From positions 12,191-76,190 of the forward strand of contig JAGBHV010000015.1 in assembly GCA_017935325.1 (NCBI GenBank): a stretch of DNA of 64,000 nucleotides. Reading direction: 5' to 3'. Below are positions 8,703 through 18,791 of the stretch, piece after piece. Position numbers and translations under genes: made by a program. The DNA is from Clostridia bacterium. GTDB taxonomy: Bacteria > Bacillota > Clostridia > Oscillospirales > Acutalibacteraceae. A model generated the notes under the pieces. That model was given only the letters and a program-made list of their open reading frames with translations. It did not search any database and was not told the origin of the DNA. The number at the start of each line of letters is the position of its first letter. Positions within the stretch are counted from its first letter, which is position 1.

Positions 8703-10235
8703 TCAAACTAAATCTTCAATTGCCTTTTTCAGCGGAGAAATGTCAAGCGATTCAAATTCTTTCAGGAAAGAAAAGAGTTTTTTACAGATTTTGACACATC
8801 CGCCGATTTCATTACTTTCGATATTCAATGGCATCACGGGATCATGTACACTCATGCGGAGTATAAACCATCCGTTTCCGTTTTTCTCATCAACAGTAGC
8901 TCTGAAACCCTCATATGTGTCTTTTTTTACCGTCCATCCATCGCAAGAAGATGCAAAACCATTCAGTCCTGCAATTATTTCATCACCGTATGTCTTGAAA
9001 TCAGACATATTTATTGTAAATCGCATTGACAAAGATTCTTTTGATTCTCTAAGGTTACTGATTAAATCAAAAAGATTTTTTTCTTCTTTCGCAAGCTTTG
9101 CCATTGTGATAATTATTTTTGTAATCAGATATGCTCCATCGTCAAGATAGTAGTTTTCTCTGAAAGCCGCATGACCTGAAGTTTCAATTGCCAAAGGACA
9201 ATTGACTGATGACTGATTCAGTTCAATCTGCTTATCAATAACATTCCTGTACCCTCTTTTGAATGCCAGGTGTTTTCCTCCAAGGTCATTCTCAATAAAT
9301 TCGGTAAGACCATCTGATGTAACTGAATCAGTAACAATAGTTCCCCCCTCGTTGTTTTCAAGCGCAATAGCAGAAGCCAACGCAACAAGTCTGTTTGAAC
9401 TGATTTCATTTCCCGATGAATCAACACATGCCGCACGGTCAACATCTGTATCAAAAATTACGCCGAGATCAGCTTTATTATTAATCACAGCATTTTTTAT
9501 TGCCTGCATAGCAGTTTTGTCTTCAGGGTTCGGAATGTGATTCGGGAACATTCCGTCATATTCAAGAAATTGACTTCCGTTAATATCTGCACCTAACGGA
9601 GCAAGAACTTTTGTTGCATAGAATCCGCCGATTCCGTTTCCTGCATCTACAACAATTTTAAAACCTCTCAACGGACGGGAATAATCTGTTGCGTTAATAC
9701 CGTCACAAATCATTTTTCGTAAACCCTCTGCGTAAAATTTCATGTGGTCATTACGCGTTATATTACCGAATTTTTCTGCATAAATAAACTGATTTTCTTG
9801 TGCAAGCAGAAGAATTTCTTCAATATCTTTTCCATCAAGCCCCCCAAGACGAGTGAAAAATTTCAGTCCGTTTTTGTCCTGAGGATGATGACTTGCGGTA
9901 ATTTCAACTGCGCCTGTTGCTCCGAGATTGACTGTTGTCATAAACATTGCGGGAGTTGAAGAATACTCACAATCTATTACATTAACACCCATTTTTATCA
10001 AAGCGTTAACAACGTTTTCTTTGATTCTCGGGGAAGAAATGCGTGTATCATGGCCGACAGCAACAGTAACAACTGCATCTTCTGTTCTGTTTTTCCGCAA
10101 CCATTCAGCAAAACCGCACGTGATTCTTTCAATAATATCATCAGATAAATAAAGAGGGTCATCCTTTCCTGAACGTACACCAACACCTCTGACATCAGAA
10201 CCGCTTTTGAATTTCGCCCAGTTTTTCTCAAGCAT
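8703..10235 (-). CDS. phosphohexomutase (phosphomannomutase/phosphoglucomutase family)
   Basis: 510 aa; active-site serine loop TASHHPQDKNGLKF; metal loop FDTDVDR. Confidence 0.85.
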   Translation of the reverse strand: MLEKNWAKFKSGSDVRGVGVRSGKDDPLYLSDDIIERITCGFAEWLRKNRTEDAVVTVAVGHDTRISSPRIKENVVNALIKMGVNVIDCEYSSTPAMFMTTVNLGATGAVEITASHHPQDKNGLKFFTRLGGLDGKDIEEILLLAQENQFIYAEKFGNITRNDHMKFYAEGLRKMICDGINATDYSRPLRGFKIVVDAGNGIGGFYATKVLAPLGADINGSQFLEYDGMFPNHIPNPEDKTAMQAIKNAVINNKADLGVIFDTDVDRAACVDSSGNEISSNRLVALASAIALENNEGGTIVTDSVTSDGLTEFIENDLGGKHLAFKRGYRNVIDKQIELNQSSVNCPLAIETSGHAAFRENYYLDDGAYLITKIIITMAKLAKEEKNLFDLISNLRESKESLSMRFTINMSDFKTYGDEIIAGLNGFASSCDGWTVKKDTYEGFRATVDEKNGNGWFILRMSVHDPVMPLNIESNEIGGCVKICKKLFSFLKEFESLDISPLKKAIEDLV

Positions 10236-10236
10236 A

Positions 10237-10941
10237 TTATTCGCCTCCGATTAAAGCAACGTATCTTTCTGTTACCTCAACTAAAAATTTATACATTGGA
10301 TAAAAAGCTTTATAGTTCTCTCTTATTTTTTCAATGAAGTCCGGATTTTCAAGCTCTGTAATATCAAAATAATCACATTTGAAATAAAGGCTTTTTGTAT
10401 TATAGAACAAAAGTAAATCTTCAGGACAATCGCCGGGTTTCCGTTTTTTATAGCAATCAAGGCTTAAAACCGCACCTGTTTTTTCACATGATTTAATTGC
10501 TTTCCTGAATTTGTCCGGCTCTGAAAGAATCATCTCTCTGTAAATTTCAAGATAAGACGCGTTAGTATAAAAAGTTCCGACACCGCATGTATATCTGTCA
10601 GGAAAGATTTCAAGCCAGAAGCACGGTATATACGGGTTTGCTTTTTTATCACGCATAAACATTACCCATACATTTTCACGATAAAGAGATTTATCTCTTG
10701 TATAACGCGTGTCACGTCTGATTCTTGACACCATTTTCCATGGTATGAGCACCATTTTGTCATCATAAGAAAACATATCGTCCATGAGAGCTTCAATAAT
10801 TTGTTTAACTGGAGTAATAACCCTCTTTTTTATTTCCGCTTTGTGTTCTTCATAAAAGTTTTTATCATTTTCGAATCTGTTACGGGCAAGTAAAAACAAG
10901 GAATCACTTGTTATACCGTCATATCTGTACTTATCTTCCAT
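10237..10941 (-). CDS. DUF2461 (TIGR02453) family protein
   Basis: 234 aa; the N-terminal pattern LLARNRFENDKNFYEEHKAEIKKRVITP fits the family as I recall it. Confidence 0.55.
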   Translation of the reverse strand: MEDKYRYDGITSDSLFLLARNRFENDKNFYEEHKAEIKKRVITPVKQIIEALMDDMFSYDDKMVLIPWKMVSRIRRDTRYTRDKSLYRENVWVMFMRDKKANPYIPCFWLEIFPDRYTCGVGTFYTNASYLEIYREMILSEPDKFRKAIKSCEKTGAVLSLDCYKKRKPGDCPEDLLLFYNTKSLYFKCDYFDITELENPDFIEKIRENYKAFYPMYKFLVEVTERYVALIGGE

Positions 10942-12205
10942 CTAATAACCCCCTTTTATTCATCTCCTCAGCTGCGAGCATAATTCCAAGCTTTGCGCTA
11001 TGGAAATTCAGTCCCCCCTGCATCCATACCGCGAACGGCTCTCTCAACGGAGCATCTGCAGAAAGTTCAATTGACGCACCTGAAATAAATGCACCTGCTG
11101 ACATAATAACCTTGCTGTCATAGCCGGGCATATCCCACGGTTCGGGAACTGCTGTTGAATCAACGGGGGCACCTTTCTGCAGTCCCTGACAGAAAGCAAT
11201 AAGATTTTCTTCTTTTTCAAGCTTTACTGCCTGAATTATATCGTGACGCGTTTCATTTATTTCAGGAGTTACACCAAAGCCGAATTCTTTGAACAATGAA
11301 GCTGTAAAAACTGCCGCTTTCAATGCTTCGCCAACAACATGAGGAGCATTGAAAAGTCCCATATAAAGATTCCTGCTCTGACCAAGAGTTGCACCCACTT
11401 CTCTGCCAAGTCCGGGTGTTGTCATTCTGTAAGCGCAAAGTTCAACAAATTCGCTCTTACCTGCAATATATCCGCCCGTTCTTGCAATACCGCCACCTGC
11501 ATTTTTAATAAGAGAACCTGCAAAAAGGTCACAATCAACATCACCGGGTTCTATAACTTCGGTAAATTCACCATAGCAGTTATCTACCATTACCATAGCT
11601 TTACTGCATCTGCGTGTAAGGTCAATAATTTCTTTAATTTCAGCAACACTCAGCGTAGGTCTCAAAGAATAGCCACGTGAGCGTTGTATGTAAACCATTT
11701 TTATGCTGTTTTCTTTCAGTACTTTTTCAATCTGTACCAAATCAGGTCTGCCTTCACTGTTAAGGTCAACCTGCATATAGTTAATTCCGAAATCCTTAAG
11801 TGAACCCTGACCTTCTTCATCAGTAAGACCTATTACGCTGTGAATGGTATCATAAGGGGTACCTGTTACTGAAAGCATTGTGTCTCCGGGTCTTAAAACG
11901 CCAAAAAGAGCAACAGCCAGAGTGTGAGTGCCGCAAGTGAAATTATGTCTGATAATTGAATCTTCAGCACCTACACACTGCGCAAAAAGCTTGTCAATAG
12001 TTTCCCTGCCTCTGTCACCATAGCCGTAACCAGTTGTGCCTGCAAAATGACTTTCACTGATACCGAATTCAGTAAAAGCGGACAGAACTTTAATCTGATT
12101 CTGTTCCGTTATCTTGTCAATATCCGCAAAAGAATTTACTGCTTTCTGCATAGCCTTTTCAGATGCGTTCAATACTTTATCGCTAATTTCAAAATTATAA
12201 TACAT
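10931..12205 (-). CDS. YnbB-type PLP enzyme (methionine gamma-lyase-like / 'aluminium resistance' family)
   Basis: The ORF track start at 12238 is a TTG. The ATG at 12205 (MYYNFEIS) has GGAG upstream. Motif ESHFAGTTGYGYGDRGRETIDKLFA..GTHTLA matches the YnbB family. Confidence 0.75.
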   Translation of the reverse strand: MYYNFEISDKVLNASEKAMQKAVNSFADIDKITEQNQIKVLSAFTEFGISESHFAGTTGYGYGDRGRETIDKLFAQCVGAEDSIIRHNFTCGTHTLAVALFGVLRPGDTMLSVTGTPYDTIHSVIGLTDEEGQGSLKDFGINYMQVDLNSEGRPDLVQIEKVLKENSIKMVYIQRSRGYSLRPTLSVAEIKEIIDLTRRCSKAMVMVDNCYGEFTEVIEPGDVDCDLFAGSLIKNAGGGIARTGGYIAGKSEFVELCAYRMTTPGLGREVGATLGQSRNLYMGLFNAPHVVGEALKAAVFTASLFKEFGFGVTPEINETRHDIIQAVKLEKEENLIAFCQGLQKGAPVDSTAVPEPWDMPGYDSKVIMSAGAFISGASIELSADAPLREPFAVWMQGGLNFHSAKLGIMLAAEEMNKRGLLDGR

Positions 12206-12944
12206 TTTCAATTTCACTCCACTTTTTATAAGGGACAAAACCCATATTTTTATACCAAATTTCAGTTTTTACATTCTCGGTAAAAACATAAACGTCCCTG
12301 CCGTAATTTTCTGAAATCAAGAATTTGATTACATCTTTCCCATAACCTTTATGTCTGAAATCTTCATGAGTAGCCACTGAAGAAATGACCGCACTTTTCT
12401 GAGTTGTGAAAAGAGAGAATCCCGCCGATACCAACACTTCATCAGAATACACACCGCAGAACTTTGCCGCTCCGTGACGCATAAGATGACACATATCTGC
12501 AAACCAATCTGCAAATTCAGGCTCAATATCAAAAACCGATTTGATCAGTTTATGCATATCTGTCAGATTTTCTGTGTAAAGTCTGTCAGCTTTACTGTTC
12601 TGTTTTGTATCACACCTGATTTTCAATATACTTCCTGAGATTTTTTTGCCATCAAAATAAGATGAAAACTTATTTTCACACAGAATTGTTGCAAAACCGA
12701 TTACTTTTGCAAACTCATTAATTTCATCAAACTGTGCATTCTCTTTAGCAGAAACAGTAATAGTTGCACCTACTTTTGAAATAACAGCAGTAACTTCATT
12801 GTTTTCTTCGCAAACATAAAACATTGCATCTTTAAAACATGACAAAGTTCTGTAATCAGAATAAATTCTCTGAAAAAATATATCATCTTCAAAACATACA
12901 AAATTGTATTCATCAAAATTCTCTGTTATCTTAATCATCGGCAA
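12195..12944 (-). CDS. GNAT-family N-acetyltransferase
   Basis: 249 aa; C-terminal acetyl-CoA motif HEDFRHKGYGKDVIKFL. Confidence 0.7.
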   Translation of the reverse strand: MPMIKITENFDEYNFVCFEDDIFFQRIYSDYRTLSCFKDAMFYVCEENNEVTAVISKVGATITVSAKENAQFDEINEFAKVIGFATILCENKFSSYFDGKKISGSILKIRCDTKQNSKADRLYTENLTDMHKLIKSVFDIEPEFADWFADMCHLMRHGAAKFCGVYSDEVLVSAGFSLFTTQKSAVISSVATHEDFRHKGYGKDVIKFLISENYGRDVYVFTENVKTEIWYKNMGFVPYKKWSEIENVL

Positions 12945-13965
12945 AAGTTAAAACAAGTTCATTTACGAGATTTATTACATCTTCAACATCTGATTTTTTA
13001 ATTACGCATGACGGTGAATGAAGATATCTGCAAGGCACAGAAACAGCAAGAGTTTTAACACCACAAGATGATTGATGAATCTGTCTTGCATTATTTCCGC
13101 CTGCAATCATTGTCTTTGTCTGCGCTTTGATACCGCGTTCACGTGCTAAAGCCATTGCCTTTTTATATAAATTTTTCTGATAAACAGTGCCACCATCCAT
13201 AAAAGACACGACTGCACCGCCGGAAAGTGAACAGACTCTCTTTTCGCCCGAAACACCGATTATATCTGAGGCTGTTGTACATTCAAGCACAATAGCATAA
13301 TCAGGTTTTACGCGATTAGTTGCTGCTATCGCACCGCGGCAGCCCACTTCTTCCTGAACTGTAAAAGTAAACGTCAGGTCATATTCCTGCTCTTTTAAAA
13401 GCATATCGAGCATAATCGCACAACCGAGCCTGTCATCAAGCGCCTTCGATTTAATATAATCGTTATTTTCACCGAATTGAACCCATTCAGAATCGAACGT
13501 TACCGAATCGCCTAAAGACACATATTTTTCTGCTTCTTCTTTTGATGCCGCACCGATATCAACATATAAGTCATCCATTTCAGGAATATCTTTTGATTTG
13601 CTTTTATCAGTAAGATGAACAGGTTTAATACCTACGACGCCTGTCAAGCCATTAACCTTTACAGTTCTGCCAAGCAAAACCTTCTCATTGATACCTCCGA
13701 CATTATGAACTTTTATAAAACCTTCACTTGTAATATACGACACAATCAGACCAACCTCATCTGTATGTGCATCGATCATAATTTTATTTTCAGGAGATTT
13801 CCTGCCTTTTTTATCAACTATAAGATTACCAAGATTATCAATAAGATACGAACAACTTTTTTCGTCCTTTATTTTATCAACAATATAATTTCTTACAGTT
13901 TCTTCCCGTGAAGAAATGCCGTCAAGCAAGCTAAGGTCTCTGGCAAACTCAAAAATCCTTTCCAT
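12931..13965 (-). CDS. M42-family aminopeptidase (YsdC/FrvX-like)
   Basis: 344 aa; metal-ligand motifs DAHTDEVGLIV, ALDDRLGCA, VQEEVG. Confidence 0.85.
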   Translation of the reverse strand: MERIFEFARDLSLLDGISSREETVRNYIVDKIKDEKSCSYLIDNLGNLIVDKKGRKSPENKIMIDAHTDEVGLIVSYITSEGFIKVHNVGGINEKVLLGRTVKVNGLTGVVGIKPVHLTDKSKSKDIPEMDDLYVDIGAASKEEAEKYVSLGDSVTFDSEWVQFGENNDYIKSKALDDRLGCAIMLDMLLKEQEYDLTFTFTVQEEVGCRGAIAATNRVKPDYAIVLECTTASDIIGVSGEKRVCSLSGGAVVSFMDGGTVYQKNLYKKAMALARERGIKAQTKTMIAGGNNARQIHQSSCGVKTLAVSVPCRYLHSPSCVIKKSDVEDVINLVNELVLTFADD

Positions 13966-14994
13966 TCAGCACTCCCCCATTTCTGATGCGATATATTCGC
14001 AGATTAATTTTGCCGTATTCCTAATATCCTCTATATCAACAATTTCAGATTGAGTATGCATGTTTCTCAAAGGAATTGAAATAAGACCCATTTTAACACC
14101 ATAACCTGAAACTGCAATATTATCAGCATTTGTGCCTGTTTTTGAACCCATAATTTCTTTCTGGTATTCAATATTATTTTTTTCTGCAACCGATACCAAT
14201 GCTTTACTCATATTGTAATCAAGCGTTGATGAGAAGCCTATCATCGGACCTTTTGACAATTCACCCGCTTCTTCCGCACTTACACCGGGAGCTGTTGCAA
14301 AGCTGACATCAACTGCGATAGCTTCATCTGCGTTTGCTGAAAAAGATGATGTTTTTGCACCGCTTCCGCCGGTTTCTTCGCAAACCGAAAAAACAACAGT
14401 CAAATTAGGTTTGAGCCCCTTATCTTTAAGCATATCAACTGCAAGAATCAAAGACACAACGCCTGCCCTGTCGTCAAGTGCAGCGCACGAAACACGGGAT
14501 GACAACAACTTTTTAAATTCAGATTTAAAAATAACCCTGTCAGAAGGTGTAACATATTTTTCTGCCGTATCCTTATCCATTCCGATGTCAATTACAACGT
14601 CAGTTATATCACTTGCCTTATTTTCACCTGATTTAGTCAGATGTGGCGGAATTGCACTGATTATACCATAAATCGGCTTTACGCCAAGAATGATAACTTC
14701 TGATGCATCAAATGTGCGTGTATCAACGCCACCGCATGCGCCAACCTTGACAAAGCCTTCGTCTGTGATTGCGGTTACTACCATGCCGATTCTGTCAATA
14801 TGTGCATCAAGAAGATAATGTCTGCCGCTTGCTTCCTGACGTGCGACTACATTACCCATGTTGTCAATTTTTACATCCATATATCTGTTCATTACTTCTG
14901 CCGCAATTTTTGCTGCCGCAGTTTCATCACCGGGAGTACCGTCTGCACAGCATAAACTTTCAAGCAAAGAAATCAATTCGTTATCAGTCATCAT
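13966..14994 (-). CDS. M42-family aminopeptidase (second paralogue)
   Basis: Motifs DAHIDRIGMVV, ALDDRAGV, CEETGG. The ORF track extends to 15057, but that extension contains the operon promoter. The start is taken at the ATG at 14994 (MMTDNE). Confidence 0.8.
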   Translation of the reverse strand: MMTDNELISLLESLCCADGTPGDETAAAKIAAEVMNRYMDVKIDNMGNVVARQEASGRHYLLDAHIDRIGMVVTAITDEGFVKVGACGGVDTRTFDASEVIILGVKPIYGIISAIPPHLTKSGENKASDITDVVIDIGMDKDTAEKYVTPSDRVIFKSEFKKLLSSRVSCAALDDRAGVVSLILAVDMLKDKGLKPNLTVVFSVCEETGGSGAKTSSFSANADEAIAVDVSFATAPGVSAEEAGELSKGPMIGFSSTLDYNMSKALVSVAEKNNIEYQKEIMGSKTGTNADNIAVSGYGVKMGLISIPLRNMHTQSEIVDIEDIRNTAKLICEYIASEMGEC

Positions 14995-15028
14995 AACTCT
15001 ATCACTTCTTTCAAATGATTTACAGATT

Positions 15029-15057
15029 ATTATAACTCCAAACGGATAAAATATCAA
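15029..15057 (-). promoter_or_regulatory. sigma-A promoter of the M42-M42-GNAT-YnbB-DUF2461-phosphomutase operon
   Basis: Minus strand: TTGATA (15052-15057), 17 nt spacer, TATAAT (15029-15034). Confidence 0.7.
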
Positions 15058-15099
15058 GTTTAATTATTTTTGCATTAAAATAAACATATATTTTACGGG

Positions 15100-15969
15100 G
15101 TGATGGATATGATAATTAAAATCAAGAAGATTTACATTTTTATTATTGCATGCGTGATACTTATAATTTCAGCATTCGTATGGTTTGCACCATATATCAA
15201 GGCTGAAACAAAAGACGGCGTTAAAATTCCGATAATTATGTACCATCAGATTACAAAAAAGCCGTCAAGAAAAGGAAAATACACAGTAATGTACAGTCAA
15301 TTTGAAGAAGATATGAAATTCATAAAGAGCAAAGGGTACACAACAATAGATATGACCGACTTAATTGATTATGTTTACGGAAAAAGCAAGTTGCCGGAAA
15401 AACCGATAATTATAACTTTCGATGATGGTTTTGAAAGCATTTATACCTACGTTTATCCGTTGATGAAAGAAATGAAAATGTGCGGTGTTGCTTCTGTCGT
15501 AGGTGAATATGCAACTTTTTTTACAGAAAACCCTGACCATAATATTACATATTCGTACATGGATTGGAAGCAGATAAAGGAGCTGACAAAAACTGATGTG
15601 ATTGAAATACAAAATCACTCTTATGACCTGCACAAGAGCGAATCAGGCAGACACGGAATAAGCAAAAAAAATGACGAAGATGTTGCAACATATAACACGG
15701 AAGTAGGCACAGATATTGAAAAAATGCAAAATGTAATGAAAGAAAAAACCGGTTGTACTCCTAACACGCTTACACTCCCCTTCGGTGCATACAAAAAAGA
15801 AACTATTTCATTGTCAAAAGATTTAGGTTTTAAGGCTGTTCTTCTTTGTGAAGAGAGAGTGAATATAATAAAGCAAGGTGATACAGAAAGTTTGTATCAC
15901 CTCGGAAGATATAACAGACCGTCGTCAGTCTCTACTGAAAAGTTTTTTGAAAATATTCTTATAGATTAA
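15100..15969 (+). CDS. polysaccharide deacetylase (NodB/CE4), membrane-anchored
   Basis: 289 aa; N-terminal TM helix; IITFDDGFESIY motif. 15100 is a GTG; ATG codons at 15103 and 15109 are alternative starts. Confidence 0.85.
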   Translation: MMDMIIKIKKIYIFIIACVILIISAFVWFAPYIKAETKDGVKIPIIMYHQITKKPSRKGKYTVMYSQFEEDMKFIKSKGYTTIDMTDLIDYVYGKSKLPEKPIIITFDDGFESIYTYVYPLMKEMKMCGVASVVGEYATFFTENPDHNITYSYMDWKQIKELTKTDVIEIQNHSYDLHKSESGRHGISKKNDEDVATYNTEVGTDIEKMQNVMKEKTGCTPNTLTLPFGAYKKETISLSKDLGFKAVLLCEERVNIIKQGDTESLYHLGRYNRPSSVSTEKFFENILID

Positions 15970-17384
15970 TTTTTGCTTTTATTGATTGATTTTCTTATAA
16001 GAAGATTTGAAAAAGCTTTTGCATCAAAAGGAATAAGCGGATAAAGATATTTTCTGCCCTCAAGCGTTTTAGTCGTAGCAATCAGTAACAAGGTTATTAC
16101 GAATCCGCCGATAAATCCCCAGAGATTAAAAATTGCAGTAAGAACTATAATTATGATACGCGAAAATTTCATGGCATATCCGAGTTCAAAGCTGGGCTGT
16201 GTAAAATTTGCTATTGCAACAAATGCCATATATAAAATCACTTCAGGCAAAAACCATTTTGCCCCTACTGCAAATTCACCAAGAATCAAAGCACCGATAA
16301 CACTGAAAGACCCGCTTAATGACTGCGGTGTGTTTACAGATGCTAATTTCAACATATCAACAATCAGTTCTATAACAATAATCTGCGCAAGTATCGGAAC
16401 TTGTGTTTCATTTTCAATGCGTATAAAAGAAAGCCACTCCGGGATAAACGCGGGATTTTTCACCAGAAGATACCATACAGGTGTAATAAGAATTGATAGA
16501 GTAAAAACAAACATTCTTACAAATCTTAAATATGAACCTATCATCGGCGAAAAATAATAGTCATTAGAATCCTGAAAAAATTCAAAAAAGCTTGTTTTAA
16601 CAATTATTGCGGTCGGCGAATTATCAATCAGAATAATTATATTTCCTTCATTTATACTTGCAGCTGCGGCATCAGGGCGTTCAGTGTATCTGACTTTCGG
16701 AAAAGGATTATAAAACTGTTTTGTTAATAAGCTTTCAACAAAACTCTGCTGGCTCATTGACAATGAATTAACTTTAATATTTTCGATACGTTTTTTCAGG
16801 CTGTTAAGCAGTTTTTTATCTACTACATCTTCAAGATAGCAAAGCGCGATATCTGTTTTTGATTTTTTACCGACTTTCATTGCGTGAAAAGTCAATTCAG
16901 GAACACGGATTCTGCGTCTTATAAGAGCTGTATTAAAAACTATTGTTTCTGTAAATCCGTCATGTGAGCCACGAAGAACTTTATCATTATCAGGTTCATC
17001 CAGAGACCTGACAGGATAAGTTCTTGCATCAATCATTATTGCATGATTAAAGCCTTCAATTATCAATGCAAGTGTTCCGGAAAGAACCGACGAAACAATT
17101 GTACTGATTTCAGATTCTACATCAGTTTCCGTATACGTTATGAATCGGGAACAGAATTCACGCGTGTTTTTTACTGAATCTATTTGTTCCGGTTCAATAC
17201 GGGTCAGATACTCAAGCATTTTTTCAAGAATTTCATCTTTGCAAAAGGCATCAACAAAATACATTTTTGCATTTCTTCCTGCTATAAACATTTCCCTGCC
17301 GATTAAATCAAAGTTTTCGCTTATTCTTAAAACTTCATCAAGTTTACTGATATTCTGTGCATAGTTTTTGCTTATTTTTTCCAA
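15966..17384 (-). CDS. GerA-family spore germination protein (A-subunit type / SpoVAF-like), orphan
   Basis: 472 aa; soluble N-terminal domain followed by about 5 TM helices in the C-terminal third, the typical GerA A-subunit layout. No B or C subunit genes are adjacent. Confidence 0.75.
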   Translation of the reverse strand: MEKISKNYAQNISKLDEVLRISENFDLIGREMFIAGRNAKMYFVDAFCKDEILEKMLEYLTRIEPEQIDSVKNTREFCSRFITYTETDVESEISTIVSSVLSGTLALIIEGFNHAIMIDARTYPVRSLDEPDNDKVLRGSHDGFTETIVFNTALIRRRIRVPELTFHAMKVGKKSKTDIALCYLEDVVDKKLLNSLKKRIENIKVNSLSMSQQSFVESLLTKQFYNPFPKVRYTERPDAAAASINEGNIIILIDNSPTAIIVKTSFFEFFQDSNDYYFSPMIGSYLRFVRMFVFTLSILITPVWYLLVKNPAFIPEWLSFIRIENETQVPILAQIIVIELIVDMLKLASVNTPQSLSGSFSVIGALILGEFAVGAKWFLPEVILYMAFVAIANFTQPSFELGYAMKFSRIIIIVLTAIFNLWGFIGGFVITLLLIATTKTLEGRKYLYPLIPFDAKAFSNLLIRKSINKSKN

Positions 17385-17432
17385 GACAACACCACCCTGA
17401 TTTTTTAATTAGGTTGCCTTGAATTTTTAAAA

Positions 17433-18779
17433 TTATGCTCTGTATCCGTTATATAATTCAACTATGGCATTCCATGTCAGCGGACCTATAATACCCGTCT
17501 GTTCAATTCCGTATAATCGTTGTACGGCTAAAACGGCATTTCGTGTCTGATTGCCGTAAACACCATCAACATTAATAACGGGAACAGAAGAATTGTTCTG
17601 TCCGATTACTCTTAAATATGTCTGAATCTGTTCAACAACTTTTCCGGTTGAACCCGGTGATAAAACATATCCCGGATATAAAAGAGAACTGTATGATTGA
17701 TATTCACGCGGTAAATTGTTTATAATACTCTGATAAACTGACTGTATTTTATTCCATGTGTCTCTGCCGACTATTCCGTCAGGATTAAGCCCGTAGTAAC
17801 GCTGAAACGCAGTAACTGCCTGCTTTGTATCAGGTCCGTAAACTCCGTCGGCATCTATTTCTTGTAACGCATCGTTAAAAAACGCGATAAAATTAAGGTA
17901 ATACTGCAGACTTCTGACTTCTGTACCACGGCTACCCTCTTGTAAAACTTTACTGAAGCGCCGTTGTGCCTCGGAATATGTTATTCCTTCAGAATAAAGC
18001 TCAGACAAACCTTTGACACTGTTATAAATATTTTTCAATCTGTACCATGTATTCTTTCCGACTATACCGTCCTGCGTCAGATTAAAAATACGTTGGAAAG
18101 CTCTTACCGCACGTTCGGTAGCAGCATCATACACTCCGAGATCAACGGGAACAGTAGGTATTGCGGGATAGTTTGCGGCGATTCTGTTAAGTTCACGCTG
18201 TATAGTTCTTACATCTTCACCACGGTCACCAACCCTTAATGCTCTGCCGGGATAAGATGGAATATTTGCTCTCACGGGAGCATTTCTTTTGATATTGACA
18301 TTGCCGTAATAATATTTAAGAATATCGTACGGGACATAGCCACGATTTGCAAGATCAACTGTTCCCCATTGTTTAAGACCCTTGCAGTTTACACCTTTAC
18401 CGCTGCAATACTGGGTAAAATACGGAGAAATCGTGCCTTGTTTTACAACGTAATCGTTAAAAAGCTCATCAACAATACGCGAAATGTTAGAAAAAATATC
18501 TCTTCCTTTTACAAAAGACTGGTCGTATTGTGTTGAGTTTGTTATATCAAAATTATATCCTTTGCTTCTGTAAAATTCCGTATATATTCTGTTTAACGCA
18601 AATGTAGTTATTGCATATATATTTGCTCTTAATGCACTTTCAGGCCATGTAGGATAAATTTCACTTGATGCAACATTTTTTATGTAATCCTGAAAATTTA
18701 CGGTAACGTTTTCTGCATTTGAATCCGGTGCACCAAGGTGAACGGTTATTGTTCTCGGGATAAACGGTTCATTAATCAT
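17433..18779 (-). CDS. SpoIID/LytB-like domain protein with three PG_binding_1 repeats, no signal peptide
   Basis: 448 aa. The N-terminal FQDYIKNVASSEIYPTWPESALRANIYAITTFALNRIY fits the SpoIID-domain pattern. Three repeats match G..G..V..LQ..L......DG.(Y/F)G..T..AV..FQ......DGIVG..TW. Confidence 0.75.
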   Translation of the reverse strand: MINEPFIPRTITVHLGAPDSNAENVTVNFQDYIKNVASSEIYPTWPESALRANIYAITTFALNRIYTEFYRSKGYNFDITNSTQYDQSFVKGRDIFSNISRIVDELFNDYVVKQGTISPYFTQYCSGKGVNCKGLKQWGTVDLANRGYVPYDILKYYYGNVNIKRNAPVRANIPSYPGRALRVGDRGEDVRTIQRELNRIAANYPAIPTVPVDLGVYDAATERAVRAFQRIFNLTQDGIVGKNTWYRLKNIYNSVKGLSELYSEGITYSEAQRRFSKVLQEGSRGTEVRSLQYYLNFIAFFNDALQEIDADGVYGPDTKQAVTAFQRYYGLNPDGIVGRDTWNKIQSVYQSIINNLPREYQSYSSLLYPGYVLSPGSTGKVVEQIQTYLRVIGQNNSSVPVINVDGVYGNQTRNAVLAVQRLYGIEQTGIIGPLTWNAIVELYNGYRA

Positions 18780-18791
18780 AAATACTCCTCC

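Noticed and set aside
14995-15057. N-terminal extension of the M42 peptidase ORF (MIFYPFGVIIICKSFERSDRV).
   Set aside because: The extension contains a perfect TTGATA-17-TATAAT promoter on the same strand, so it is upstream untranslated DNA. Similar spurious 5' extensions were trimmed for the ORFs at 59431-61209 (runs through a terminator hairpin), 38680-39411, 30607-31146, 18792-19499, 46632-47993, 6647-8440 and 2867-4837.
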